This document shows, one piece after another, positions 1-13,488 of a stretch of DNA of 64,000 nucleotides (its first letter is position 1; each line of letters opens with the position of its first letter). The notes beneath the pieces are model-generated. The model saw nothing but the letters and a program-made list of their open reading frames with translations. It did no database searches and was not told the DNA's origin. Both the position numbers and the translations under genes were made by a program. The stretch is from Antedon mediterranea (taxonomy: Eukaryota; Animalia; Echinodermata): NCBI RefSeq assembly GCF_964355755.1, contig NC_092676.1, forward strand, positions 26,988,871-27,052,870, read 5' to 3'.

Positions 1-632
1 AACATTTTCCTAGTATTAACCAATAACAACAACACAACAAGTTTGAGTGAAATGAGAGTAAAGCCTCTTATTGGTTAAATGTTTTGGTGTCAAAGGTCAC
101 AGAGAGTGCACGTACGCTTAATGTTTGATGGGAACACTAACACAGATTTTTACAAGCACATCAAAATAGATCAATCCTTATAAACACAGATAGGGCAGAA
201 TATTTTCTTTACAATGAATTAATGCATACAGTATTGGATTTTCTTTTCCTAAGATATAAAATACAAGACAATTAAACATCAATATTTCAGATCAAATACA
301 TTTATAAAGATAACTTAACCAATGTCATTTTTTAAATATATCATTGACAACATCAGTTTTAAATGATATAGGTTATTGGCGTGTGGTTCCATATGCAGCC
401 ATTTCTAGTACTATAATTGTAAGCATTATACAATTGTATGTAGTCTGTCAATTAAAAACAAAAACAATTGAGTTTGTATCAGAGGAAGTATCACTGGACA
501 CTTGAATCCATACTCCAACCCCACCTTACCCCTAATGCGAGCCCCAAGCTCCCCTGAATATGCTCTCACAAAACAAAATATAATAGAGTATTACACTGTA
601 AGCAAAGAAATATACTGTAGCTCACAACTAAA

Positions 633-752
633 CTACACTACGGTATCAAGCTAGTTTGACAAAAAAGTGCGATAGTGCACAAATATGATGTCCCCATATA
701 TGGGCACATCGCATTTTGTTGTCACATAAAGTTTGATAGTGTAGACAGAGCT
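633..752. mobile_element. MITE family A (PIF/Harbinger-like), left end degraded
   Basis: Right TIR GTTTGATAGTGTAGACAGAGCT followed by TAA; internal CCATATATGGGCACATC shared with the other copies. Confidence 0.7.
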
Positions 753-2040
753 TAATACAAATAGTGACTGGTAATTAGAGAATATCAGGTCATACACTAA
801 TTATGAGTAAAAGCAATAGTGTATAAATTAGCGATGAGCAACAGTTAGGCACACAGAAATAATGAATTAAATCTGTTACAAAAAAAAACACTATATAACT
901 TTTTTTTAACTTTGTAGCAAATAAAAATAATTATAATTTTTAAATATTATGAAATTATACTGTACATACTTTGATACAATATACATTAGTTTAAATTGAA
1001 TTAACTTTATGTATTTATTCAATCTAAAATGAATTAACATATCTATCGCTCCTAAAAGATGATCTATTAAAAAATAGTGCATTCGATTATTTAAAAGGCT
1101 TTAAATTGACGAGGACGTTATAAGGATAAATAGTACCTAATACAAAGAGTGACAGTTTTTAAACTATAGCATAATATCCCAGCAATGTCCACAAATAAAA
1201 CAATTACAGCTGCAGTGAATAAATGAAGAAATCACTAAAACTATTCAGAATGAATGAAAGGCACCAACAATGAGAAAATAAAAATCACTCATCATCTACA
1301 TCAGAAAAAATAACTTTCATAAAAAATGAAAATTATAGTTAAAATCAGTTTCTATTTAATGAGTTAAAATAAATAAAACGTTGGAAATAAAACAAAAAAA
1401 GACCTGGGTAAATATCACCTCAAACCTGCTGTCTACTAAAGTAATACCAGGTAATATATAATGAGTTAATTGCTTTTAGTAATTAGCAGAAGTAGCTTCA
1501 TCAGTTACCTATCTTTTTAAATACCTTAACTTATTAACATTAAATGCATTTAAAAATGTACTTTTAACTAAAGAGAATTTATCTTAAAATTCATATTTCA
1601 GTCTTTACTGGTTTTATTTCAAACTGACTGTGCAACAAACAGATAAGTATTGATAACACAAATCCTCCCTTTGTTCTTGTTAATTCATCTCCACCCCACC
1701 CCCCATGTCAACCATCATTTTATACCAGTCACTACTCGGAAAAAGACTTGTAAAAAATAATTTGTATGAAATTCTATATTATTGTGAATTTTGTTATTTC
1801 GCTTCTTGTATCATTATGATTAAATACTGTATCACCGGGCGGTTTAGAATTAATGATCTTTGTCTGTTGTGCTTATGATAAAATAAATATATTTGTGTTT
1901 CATTTATCATCTGTTTGTTATACAGAGAATTTGAAGACAAACAAACATACAACACATAAACATTTACACTTAGCAGATCACTATATACAGAGATCTCGTT
2001 TTATTGAACTATACCCTCTGGTTAAAATGTTATACTGTAT

Positions 2041-2121
2041 TTAAGTAGGCTACACTTACTTAAGTAGACCACACCTACTTAAGTGAGCCAAAACCACTTA
2101 AGTAACAAGTAGGCCACACCT
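2041..2121. repeat. Degenerate ~19-bp tandem repeat
   Basis: ttaagtaggctacacttac / ttaagtagaccacacctac / ttaagtgagcc... / aagtaggccacaccta. Confidence 0.6.
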
Positions 2122-3513
2122 AAAGCAAGTCCTGTTGATATTTCTTATGTGAAGACTGATGCGAGTATGTTATGTTTTGGTAACAACCTTATAAGCGGCT
2201 GGCTCAACCAATTTAACTTCGCCACTTCAAGTATTTCTTGAAAGCCCATGATTTTTATTTTATCAGAATTATTTTGTTTTTTTGTTTTTTTTGTTTATTC
2301 AGATTTATATTTATTTATTGAGCTATATGGCAAACAGACAATAAAAACAAAACCAGAGAAGTACCAATGAAGGTAGAGGGGTGAAACGCTCCTTCTAGTA
2401 GTAGTCAATAAAACTTTTAATAATAATTTTACAAACTTTGTTATTATATTTATATGGATATTAAAATATAAGACTGTGGATTAATATCTCTAAAACACAT
2501 CCTTTTGTGAAATTTAGTGAATACTAAATATAATGATTAATAAAAAGTTAAACTACAAGTTTAAAAACACTGTCATCAAACAATTGATTTTCGTATATAA
2601 ATAATTTTTAGAATTTAAAATTTGGCATGAGAAACTCTACACTTTTTCTACAGACAGAATTTGGTCATATCAGAATTATCGGGTCTGCACCAAATTCTTG
2701 TTCCTGATTATTTAAATGTTTTTTCTGATCCCCGTGTGTGTGTTCTCAAAGGAGTGGCTTAGGTGTCGCATAGGTCAGCCAAACATAAGATACATATTAT
2801 CAGCCATATTCATTTCAGTCCCAGAACATATGTTTCACCTATTTACTAGTAAAATGATTAATCATTGTACAGAACTTATGATTGGTTAGAGCGAGAAAAA
2901 ACGGTAAACTGAATGTAATTGATTCTTTGCGTTCTTTCTTGCGTGCTGCCCAACATTGTTTCGCAGAAGAACGTGTAATTTCGTAGTGCGTTCATATCAT
3001 TGACAATTTACAGCTGCTAAGCTGTGTATTCATTTATCGATCCTTCAATGTGACAACATTTTACATGAATTGTGAATGTACTTTAGTACAATCACCCAGA
3101 ATGTGTTGCCATGAATTTAACAAATTCTAACCCAATTTGCGAAAGTTTTTCAGCCGTTTCTTGAGTAACATTTTGTCGTGATCGCCATATTTTGTGTAGT
3201 TCTGGCATAGATACTCTTTTAAGATTTCAACAACAAAACATGTTACACTGGTCTTTGACCCAAATATCTACAAGCTAGATTGACATCAAAGACATGATTG
3301 ACACAAAAAGCAACTTGTTGTTTTCAACAACATCTCTTCCTTGTTTGAACAAAGTAGGAGGAGGTTTGTCTTCACTGTCCTACTGATTTTGTGGCTGTAC
3401 TAATACCATAAATGTCTTGGTAATGCATCAGTGATAATGTTTCGTTGGCCACAATAAAGTATGCGATAAAACTCAAAGCAGTTAATACTACTAGAGATAG
3501 GACTTGACTAACA

Positions 3514-4025
3514 TTACTGTGGGTAGCCCGCATTTGGTGTATATCCGAGATAATGTCGGTACATTTCCATATCGTTTCCAAACGGTATTGGAAATGGTAA
3601 ATCGCGGCCATTTGGCTGTTCAACTTTTACCGCACATGCAGTTTCACTCGAACTTTCATGGCCACGTCCGTTTAATGGGTGATGACCGTTAAAACCATTT
3701 GTTCCTTTTGAGAAGTTACTTGACGACACCGAAGCTGAATTACTCTTCTTTAAATCTTCGTCTTTCTTTCCTTCGCACCCACCTTTAAAGTCGTACACTT
3801 CCATATATAGTTCGGGCATTGGAAAGGATGGTACACCTACTTTCAATTTCATAATAAATTGAGTGTGAAGATTATCAAGAGTCCGAAGTTCAGGTAAACG
3901 TAGTAGAATCTTTGCAAAAATGTGTGGATCGTCGCGATGGTTTCGCTGTGTTTCAACTTTGAGTGCTCCAAGAATTTTAGCTTGTAAAGTGCAGATCAAA
4001 TCACGATTTTGTAGACTTTCTCGAT
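3514..4025 (-). CDS. Nuclear receptor (NR1 C/D/E/F-like), last coding exon: LBD helices 9-12 plus ~91-aa F domain
   Basis: Acceptor tatttctttcag| at 4026; phase 1 start, reads (D)RESLQNRDLICTLQAKILGALKVETQRNHRDDPHIFAKILLRLPELRTLDNLHTQFIMKLK...PELYMEVYD...GYPQ*, with TAA at 3514-3516. 'FAKILLRLPELRTL..LH' matches the NR1 helix 10/11 pattern (Rev-erb FTKLLLKLPDLRTLNNMH). Confidence 0.93.
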
Positions 4026-5236
4026 CTGAAAGAAATAATATAATAACAGATTCAGTAACATTTTAAAAATAATGACATAAAAAAATCCATAATAAACTAT
4101 ACCAATAGGTTTTAAAACAGATTACAGTGTAATTCATCAATCAATCCATTGCACAGTTTAAAATCCTTTTGAGCACAATGCTTTGGATAACAGTGCATTA
4201 TAGTATGAAGAGTGAACTAGTATTTAACTATCTAACTAGTACAGTGTGAGATTAAGTATATGACACTTTTAATTTGATTTTGGAGTATGTAAGCTCATAG
4301 GTATTCTACAACACTCCTACAGTCTAAGCCTTAAGGTATAATTGTTGATAAATTAATGTCACAAATAATGACAAAATACAAGAGTTATCATGAATATCAG
4401 CTTAACAACAAAACTGTCTTTGTTTTCTCCTCTCAAACAAGCTTCTTTACTTATTTGAAGTTTATTTTTTTATCAAATTTAATTAATTTGTCTTCAAAGG
4501 AGATAAATTAATACTCAAAATTGAAAAAAACTTGATGATAAAGATAAAGTATAAGATTCTATTAGTGATATTTGACGGGTTCAGCTAATCTAGACATGGA
4601 ATTAAGATGATTAATAAAAGTATTTAAGTAGGGATATTTAATAAAAACAATCAAATATTTGTATAAAACTTGGACATTACCATTTACTTTTGAAGATTTT
4701 GTTTTTTTCTAAATTACACTCTCATGTATTTTTTAATATCAGATCTTTTTTTATGAACTAGTACAAGATGAGAATAGATTTTTTCTAAATATTTTTTTAA
4801 TCATGCTTTTTATTCATTTTGTTGAGGTAATTACTATAATTTTTTTTAAATTATATTTTTTAATTTGTAAAAAAAGTGAATTTAAAGAATTTTACAAATG
4901 TTAAAATAAGAATGTACAAACAACATAAATTGATTAAAAAAAAATTGTTTTCAAAATTCAAATAATCGATTTTTTAGATAGAAATGGAAAGAAGAATTTT
5001 TGTTTTTATTTTAAAGCGAAAAATAATTTCTAAAGGTATGCACACAGCAGCCTCTAAATATAATCAATGGATAACTATTTAAATCTATCTTTGCTGAAAA
5101 ATTCCATATTAATGAAAAGTAAAACAGCACCACAGATCAAAAATTCAAAGGAATTCACATTAAAAATGTTATTTGTCTAAAGAAACTAAATGCAAGGAGA
5201 GTATTTGTACAAATTATATCTTTCCTAAGTAATTAA

Positions 5237-5565
5237 AGATGTATTGTCCCCCTAAAATAATAATTGTTAATTTTTTTTGTGTTAAATATGCCATTTTAAT
5301 GTCACATAATAGTTATTCACTTTGACCAAAAACTGGATTGGAAAAAAAAAAATTATTTTCTTAAAAATGAATTTAAAGCAAAAAATACCTAAATTGTCTG
5401 TCAGACAATGGTTTTTAGTTAAAATTAAGCGTTTCTTTTGTCTTTTTATAAGTGAAGAAATATTTTTTTTTTACAGAAGTGAATAACTTTATTAAAACTG
5501 CAAAATGGCCTATTCAACGTTTATTTTTATTAATATTTTTTAGGTTTTTGGGGGACAATACATCT
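5237..5565. mobile_element. Non-autonomous TIR element, Kolobok-like
   Basis: Perfect 16-bp TIR AGATGTATTGTCCCCC / GGGGGACAATACATCT; TTAA on the left, ACAA (decayed?) on the right. Superfamily inferred from AG termini and TTAA. Confidence 0.65.
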
Positions 5566-5640
5566 ACAAAATGTAGTTATTCGCTATATACTTGCAAACT
5601 CTATCCTAACTATCTTTTACATTAATTTAAATTAATTTAC

Positions 5641-5907
5641 CGTCTGCATAAAGTACAACGGCTGATAACAGCGCTAACTCTGATTTCTGTAACTTTAACC
5701 GATGAAGACGTCTTGCGAAATCATATACAGCATCTACCAGCTCATGAGGCATGAACTTAAGCATGTTGAGACGCGATACGCGCACATTGTTGTTCAAGAT
5801 GAACTTGTTGTAAAGGACGAGTTCAATGCAGTCCTGCACGGTTAGAATTTCAAAGAAACCAGCTTTTACCAGTACCATTTGGTCTTGTTGTTCCAATGAA
5901 GAAAAAC
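5641..5907 (-). CDS. Nuclear receptor LBD exon, helices 4-8
   Basis: Acceptor tttcatctag|, donor G|gtaaat; 267 bp, phase 1-1; (G)FSSLEQQDQMVLVKAGFFEILTV...AVYDFARRLHRLKLQKSELALLSAVVLYAD, containing the LBD signature F..L...DQ..L.K. Joins in frame with both neighbouring exons. Confidence 0.93.
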
Positions 5908-6421
5908 CTAGATGAAAGAAAGATAAAAAAGAAAATGAGAAGAATCAGTCTTGTTTTTTTAAGTTTCAGAAAAAATTTTAATATGATTAAATAAGTTCAC
6001 AAAGATTAAAATACAAATATTTGAAACATAAGAAGTTATATTGAATGCCAAACAAAAGAAATCATTATATAAAACAAATGAATAATGTATGAATATTGTA
6101 GTTTGTTATAAAAAGAAAAAAAATATGCTGTTAATTTTTTTTTTACACGTTTTTAATCAATTATTAAAAACTACCTACAGGCGCCAACACAACAATAAAA
6201 CAAACATATCTATATTGTGTTGGAAATTGGTTTGCCGTATTTGAAAATGTATCGGTGTCGGATTTAATTTATTGCAAGACAGATTTTGAAATCAAAATAA
6301 TTTATTGCTTTACATTCATGATAATTAAAATTGCGCTCATAGTCTCATCCCAACAGATAAAAGAAATCACTGCCGTAAATATATAATTGGGTGTATTTTT
6401 GGAAATCACGCAGTAGTGTTG

Positions 6422-6484
6422 TGTGTCATACAACCCACTGGAGATTCAACCCGGGTTGAATCTCCAGTGGGGTTGTATGACACA
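6422..6484. repeat. 63-bp loop-less palindrome (one extra G)
   Basis: tgtgtcatacaacccactggagattcaaccc|gggttgaatctccagtggggttgtatgacaca. Confidence 0.95.
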
Positions 6485-6489
6485 TATTA

Positions 6490-6529
6490 CTTAATAGATT
6501 TTTATTTTGCAAAATAAAAATCTATTAAG
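6490..6529. repeat. Perfect 40-bp loop-less palindrome
   Basis: cttaatagatttttattttg|caaaataaaaatctattaag. Confidence 0.95.
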
Positions 6530-8558
6530 CTGTTTGGACTACAGTATGTGTTTTCTTTCTCGGCTTTTTACCACTGTAACAGAATTAATATGACACAGAT
6601 GTAACTGTTTTTGTAAAAAGAGGCGCGGGTTCGAATCTTAGTTTATTAAATTATATAAAAATGTCATTTATCATCTATTCTTTAGTAAAGTAGAAAATAA
6701 AAAAAACAAACATATATTTCTTAGTAAATATACAACAAACAAACGAAAAAGAGAAGACATTGTAAATAAAAAATATCATATTTATAATTTTCCCAATTGC
6801 TAGTAGGTTATTACATAACTCATAAATTTATAAAAACATGCTCTTTATTCGACATATGCTACATGTCTATGATATAATCTATTTGCTTAAAACAAAGGAT
6901 TTTATCTGCATATCATCAATTTAAATCATTTCTAACCATCACTCTTATTCTAAGATAAATAATATGTCATATTTCATCATTTAATTTTTAAATTGAGACT
7001 TGTAACATAAAATGCCTTGTACCTTATTAATCTGGTGTAGAAAAAAGAAAAAAAACATTTTTCTCCTTATTTTCTGATAAGACAAAGTAGAGTGTAATTG
7101 ATGTCAATAAGAGAGAAAATTGCTTATGGGGAAAAACTCTGTTTGAGATTGTCAGTAAATAGCAAACAGCTATCCCCAGTACAATCACACACATATGCGT
7201 TTTTAATGAATGGTATGTAACAAACTCCGACATGCTGCATGTTACGGATCGTACGGTATGTTTCTAATCGCCTCGAGTGAGGATGATTTTTACGGAGACC
7301 GCTCTGTTTCATATCAAATCTCGCTTTTAAAATTTCTTTTAAGAGCATTTGAAATTATTTCATAAATCTGTATACACTTAAAATATATGTATTACTGTAC
7401 ATGTTGCTATTTGTTGGAGATCGAACAAAAATGATGATAAATATGTCTTTATGTCTGCGGGCATAGATAGATATTACTATTTAATGTTTAAAAAAAAAAG
7501 ATGGCAAAGGAGATAACATTTGTTTGTTGATCTTTTACCTTAAACGTCATTGTTAAAAATAGTTTGAAAAAAATTATTTTTCTTAATAGAAATAATTGAA
7601 ATGGACAGTAACCTTAAATTAGAAAATGCAGTTCAGAATGAGAAATTATATAGAAAATGATTTTTTGTAGATTTTTATTTAATAAAAATAATTAATGTAA
7701 TTATTATTGATATTATTATAATATTTACTAAATAATAATATAAGAACTACATTTTAAATAATTTACCAGTTTTGTTCCTAAGAAATTTAGAGTTTAATAT
7801 TTTGATTATTATCTATTTAATATTAAAGTACTAATCTTGTTTTTATTATCATTGCATAAACTGTACAAATTACATTTTAACAATTTAAATAACTATATTT
7901 TAAAGGTTTTATACTTAAACCCAATTAATATTATATGAAGGGCAATCTATGCCAAAATTGGAAATGTCTATACATTTTTTTGCACCAACTGCCTTTCATA
8001 CTCAATAGTTATAGTTATGCATTTTGTCAAAATATAGGTTAATACGTGCCATTTTCTGACACAATTATCAGGAACTATTTGCTAAATGTCCTACTCAATG
8101 CAAGTTTGCATTTTTTGTTGTTACCCCACTGGGTAAATAAATGTCAGAGCGTCGTCAACTGGGGAGTAATTGCAGAAATGGAATAACCTCTCACTTTTGT
8201 AGCTAATACTAGCCTAGAAACAAGTAATTACTATTAGGATGTAATTGCCTAATGAACATTAGGTTCATTAATGGGTGAAAGCATTTTAAAAATGGGTTTT
8301 AGACAAAAGTAGCTACAGAATAGTTATTAGTATGTAAGCATGTACGGTACACGAATCTTACAAACATTATTTTAACTGAATAATATGACATACTGTATTA
8401 TTATTATTTAAAAAAATTTAGTTTAACTTCAATAAATGTATAAATTATCAATTTGGGATTAATTGTTATTATTAGAAATTGAGCTGATTTATGCATGGAA
8501 CCATGGAAACAGACAATTTGTTCGTGGTTCAAAGGTCGGAGTTGACTCTAAAACTTAC

Positions 8559-8651
8559 CTGGTACCTGTTTACAAAACGTGACTATCCTTTTGATATACA
8601 TGGCCAATGTCTCACCAATAACAGATCCCCACATCTGCCTACCATCCATAC
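8559..8651 (-). CDS. Nuclear receptor LBD exon, helix 3 (not in the ORF track)
   Basis: Acceptor ttttgtcttgtag|, donor CCAG|gtaagt; 93 bp, phase 1-1; MDGRQMWGSVIGETLAMYIKRIVTFCKQVP(G). Splicing to the next exon gives FCKQVPGFSSL, the conserved FAK.IPGF..L motif. Confidence 0.92.
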
Positions 8652-9730
8652 CTACAAGACAAAACATAAGAAACAAAATTAGCAGGATATAAAAACAACA
8701 TTGTACTTCATTTATATATAAATATTTAAAACATTTATACCAAAATTAGAAGATAAATACAAATACAGTATTTTAAATATTTATTTAAATGAACATGATT
8801 TCCTTAAATTGATACTTCATAATCAATATTTCAATATTTATAATTGTTTTGATTATATATTTCACAATTGTCATATGAAGTAAATATATTATAAAAAAAT
8901 CTGTTATTATATTTTGTGAAGCAATATATAGGAAATTGCACTTTGAATTACTGTAGTTATTACAACTTGACAAATGATGTTTCGGTGTGATCAGAATTCA
9001 AGCAGTTATGTAAAACACAGCCAAATGGTTTGACGATTTGTCAGTGTATGCAGGTATACGCTCATCACTCACAACAAACATCTCCACAAACATCACGCAC
9101 ATCTCCAAATATTTATCATCTGATGTCAACCGTTACAGTGTCAACAAGACGGATTCACATGAATAAGACGAGATAGATAAATTCTGGGCAGAAAAGCGCG
9201 GTGAACGGCGCAGTAAGGCTGAGATTTAACTAGCCCACAGCGTGAAACATTAATAATGCTATGTATTGCCCACCGAGGGCATATCAATCAGAAAGCATGC
9301 CCGAAGGTAAAGCATGCACACAACAGTAAGATTAATACTTCGGTATAAATCATCCGTCGGTTCCAAATGTAATTTGCGAAATATTCGGTACAAACAAAGG
9401 AAACATCCAATTTTACTAATGGGGATGTCCATATAGGTACAAGTTTTGTTCTGCTTAATACCAACATTACATATTGCCCGATAATTAAGCCAAATGGTCT
9501 AATAATATTTCATATGTATATTGGAGCAACTAGAGCGTAACGTGTACCGTACTATTAAATATGCATCAACCTTAAGCATGCATGATTTGCATAATATTAT
9601 ATTTCTGTTGTTGAAACGATAAGTATGATGGACGATACGCCCCCACTTGTGGTTTATTTAATTTATTTAATCGCATTTCACTCTCATGAAAACATTTTTT
9701 GTTTTAAATATTATTCAACTATTGAATAAT

Positions 9731-10150
9731 GTAGTACTCTACTACTATTGATACTTTGCTATTTAAACTTTTGTTGATGCTTTAATATATTATTAACACT
9801 TCTGATGCTATTTCAACTTTTGCTATTAACACTTTTGTTGCTAATGCTAGTGTGCTATCCTTTTACTTATACTACCACTATTGCTCCTTCTGCTACTTGT
9901 ACTACTATTGTTCCTTCTGCTATTGCTACTTATACTGCTAATATTGTTACTTATACTGCAACTATTGCTTCTTCTACAATTGCTACTTCTGCTATTGCTA
10001 CTATTGTTCATTCTGCTATTGCTACTTATACTGCTACTATTGATCCTTATACTGCTGCTACTTATACTACTATTGCTACTTATACTACTATTGCTCCTTC
10101 TACTATTGCCACTTATACTAATACTATTGCTCCCTCTGCTGTTAATAATA
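9731..10150. repeat. Degenerate (ACT/GCT/ATT)n trinucleotide low-complexity tract
   Basis: Repeated tactactattgctccttctgct-like units; explains three overlapping spurious ORFs. Confidence 0.85.
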
Positions 10151-11402
10151 TATAAAAAATTGACAGGCAGTCCGTGTGAGTTCTCGGAAGAATTAGAACA
10201 GTGACAGACCAATACCGTCGCTATAAATCTGTAAAACCAATTTCCAGTTTCATGAAGGGGGGTACAGACCAAAGGAAGAATATATAATTTTATAATACGG
10301 CAAACGTAAACCTGTTTTCAAGATTTTGACAAGCATGGGATTTGCAAAAACAGACAGGAACACACTGACCTAAAAAATAAAAGATGCCATCAATGTTTGC
10401 TATCATGACATGACTCAATTTTATGAGTTAGCTGTCGAAAAAAACAGAGAGGGAAAAATATTAGACATTTTTTTTTTAGATCAGGGGTGAGGAACCGTAC
10501 AGAACTTGATTGTGAACCCGGTTTACGAGGCAGTTCGGAGGCGGGATATCTGTTGAGATTTGAAAACAATAGAAATCGACATAAGTTCACCTTTATCTGT
10601 GTCAGCCATAGTGTTAATTGATAGATTTTGTACCAACATAAATTTTCTGATAATTACAGATTCAACAAAATCCTAGCTAGTTCAAAAACTGAATGTTCAT
10701 TTATCCAGAGAATTCAATCGAAATCAGTGAATTGATTTATACTCCTTGTCTATGCATCGTCGATAAGTCTTAGTGAATCTTTCAACCAATACGTGGACCG
10801 TAACACGGGTAGTCTAGTATGACAAGCCTCGGATGGTTCTAAAATGGAATTTGAATTGAATCTTGATCAAAAATTGGGATCATAATATTCAAATAAGGTA
10901 AACATGGTACAACTATAGGATCATACAAGTTAAGGGGACAACCTAAACCTTGGACTGAAAATTAAGAAATACAATTCAATTACAGTTGAAAAAACAAAAC
11001 GCTTATCTCTTTATTTCTCCCTCCCTCTGCTTTAGGGTGGTAATACTAATCTGAATTCTAGAAACCAAATTCAACTGTAGGAAATCAACCACTTTCGGGA
11101 CATGACCTTTTAAAACCTGACCTACTTCTCTCAGTCTATTCTACAATACACAGTATAGTATAAAAGTACTGTACTAACATTATTTTTTATTCCGAGAGAA
11201 CTTACTATGACCGCTGTATGCAAATATTGCCTACAGGCCGAATACATAATTAGAAGCCATGTGTCCGGACACCAAGCAATAAACGACAAACTCTTTATTA
11301 ATCATAATTCTAATTATCTTAAATTTATAAATCAAAATTAAATATTAATTCATTTAAGAATGCCTTCAAATTCAAAAGAGCTTTGATATTAAAAACATCT
11401 AA

Positions 11403-11564
11403 AGCTTTGTCTACACTATCAAACTTTATGTGACAAAACAAGTGTGATGTGCTCAAATATGGTAGTTGTATTTCTAAATATGGTAGTGATATGACATCAT
11501 CATGTCCATATATGGGCACATCACATTTTTTTGTCAAATAAAGTTTGATAGTGTAGACAAAGCT
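11403..11564. mobile_element. MITE family A, full length
   Basis: TIR AGCTTTGTCTACACTATCAAACTTTAT / ATAAAGTTTGATAGTGTAGACAAAGCT; flanks TAA and TTA; two internal 19-bp aaatatggtagtgatat-type units. Confidence 0.85.
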
Positions 11565-12004
11565 TTACATATGCCCATCACTTGTCAAAAACAATCAAAA
11601 GATATTATTTAAATTGTCAAACAGTCGAAATGTGGAAATCTTCGCACATAATATTATTCGTGCCGGTTAAATACAAGCATCTGATGGCGTTGGTTTACGA
11701 ATATCTGTTCCGATGAACTCCACGACAATATTAATTGGTTTCGTGAGTATACCATTTATAGTTTGCCGATCTCACCTTAAATAGTAATTGTGTCACGCTT
11801 AATTCCCCTCACAGAGTTGTAGATAATGTGTGAAAGGTAAAAGCGTGTGTGTCTTATTTAATGAGCATTCGGATGATTAATGTTTATTATGATGAGTTGA
11901 GATTCATATTTGAACGACGACGTCATTTTGAGGGTATCTCTTAATCTGATCATATATTTGAATGAAGCTTAAACAATGAAATGTTATAATCATTTATAGG
12001 AAAA

Positions 12005-12330
12005 ATTATGATGATAATAATTATGATAATAATAACATAGGCCAAAAGGATGTTAATGATGATAAATTAAATGATGATGTTAATGATGACAATGTAATTT
12101 AATGATTTGATAATAATTTTAATGATGATGAAAATTATGATTTTGATAATAACTTATACGATTTTAATGATGATAATGATGATTATGATGTTAATGATTA
12201 TCGTGATAATTATAATAATGATAAATGATATCGAATGATAAATTGTTGATGATTTTTATGTTAATAATAACTATAATAATTAGAATACAATAATAATGAG
12301 ATTGGTGACAGATTCTGATAATGATAACTA
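12005..12330. repeat. Degenerate (GAT/AAT)n microsatellite
   Basis: Runs of gatgataataat. Confidence 0.8.
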
Positions 12331-13488
12331 ATCTTGATTTAATTTATTATTTAAACATAATCAGTGCATTTATTGGTTTTTAATTTTCATTTCATTCATT
12401 GGTTTATTTTGTATTTTTAGTTTAACACAGTTGTGTAATATACAAATGTAGACTATTAATAATATAGATAGCCGTTGATTCAATGACATTTAATATTAAA
12501 TGTATCTAAACATTTCATCTCAAATCCCCAGAGTTCAAACATTTTGAATGCGTTGAAATTCTTTTGAGGCCAGTGTCAGACGGAACACACAGCTTGCAGC
12601 CCAAGCGCAATAAGCAGTGTCAGGTGGTACGGTTTTAGTGCTTGTCACAAATAGAAAACTGGGCTAGGTGACTTGCGGTTGAAATGTGTACTGTAACATT
12701 CCTGGGGACCAGTTAAAGGATTTGATACCAAAGGGTGGTAGATGTACTTAATAAGGATAGCCTAAAGGTATATACTTCTGAGGGGTGGGTAATTGTGGTT
12801 CTTATTAGTGACAATTCAGGGACCAACTTAGGAATTTAAGATACATAAATGGGATTTCCAATAATTGTTAAGCTGTCCTTGTCTAGTTTAGTTTAGTCTA
12901 GTTTTAGTCACTACAGGGTTTGATTGACTATAACATGGTGCATACCAAATTGTACGCTGGCTGCAATTACTCCTATTAAAATGAAGCTTATATGGTTATT
13001 AAATAAACCGTAGATAAGATCTGATGTTAAGTACCCTGACTGACCAATAGATCAAAAGGAGTAGTCTACAATTTGCAGACCTAGATAGTGTTATGAACTA
13101 AACCTACGCTTGATGCATCTTACGGGGCATTTATATCCCACTGAAGTGGTCAAAGTTTATGTATTCAACATTTATTAATCTACAGAGCATAATTGACTTT
13201 AGGTAAACTACCCACTATGTCTGTGAAATGCTAAAAAAAGTCTCTACAAGCTGTTGAGGAATTTACAGGCCTTGTGAGGTTGGTTGCACTCTGGAGTTAC
13301 TGCAGGATTTACAGGGTTTGTGAAGGTGGTTTTATGTACTGTGTTAGCTATTCAACCTATTAATGCACTGACTGCCCTCTGACACGATGGCCTATAGAGA
13401 ATGTGGGTAGAACTCAGGCTAGCCAACTTATCTTTTGGTTTCAAAATTAAATCTGAGCTGGTCCCTTGCATGAATGTGTGCTCTAGTA

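Noticed and set aside
3372-3692. ORFs overlapping the last receptor exon
   Set aside because: Alternative-frame and antisense shadows of the real coding exon.
6622-6640. tRNA-like B box GGTTCGAATC (similar minus-strand motifs at ~21490 and ~39630)
   Set aside because: No cloverleaf or A box recoverable; at most decayed SINE heads.
9805-10272. Three overlapping ORFs (T/A-, S- and L-rich)
   Set aside because: Translations of one trinucleotide low-complexity tract; no splice or domain support.
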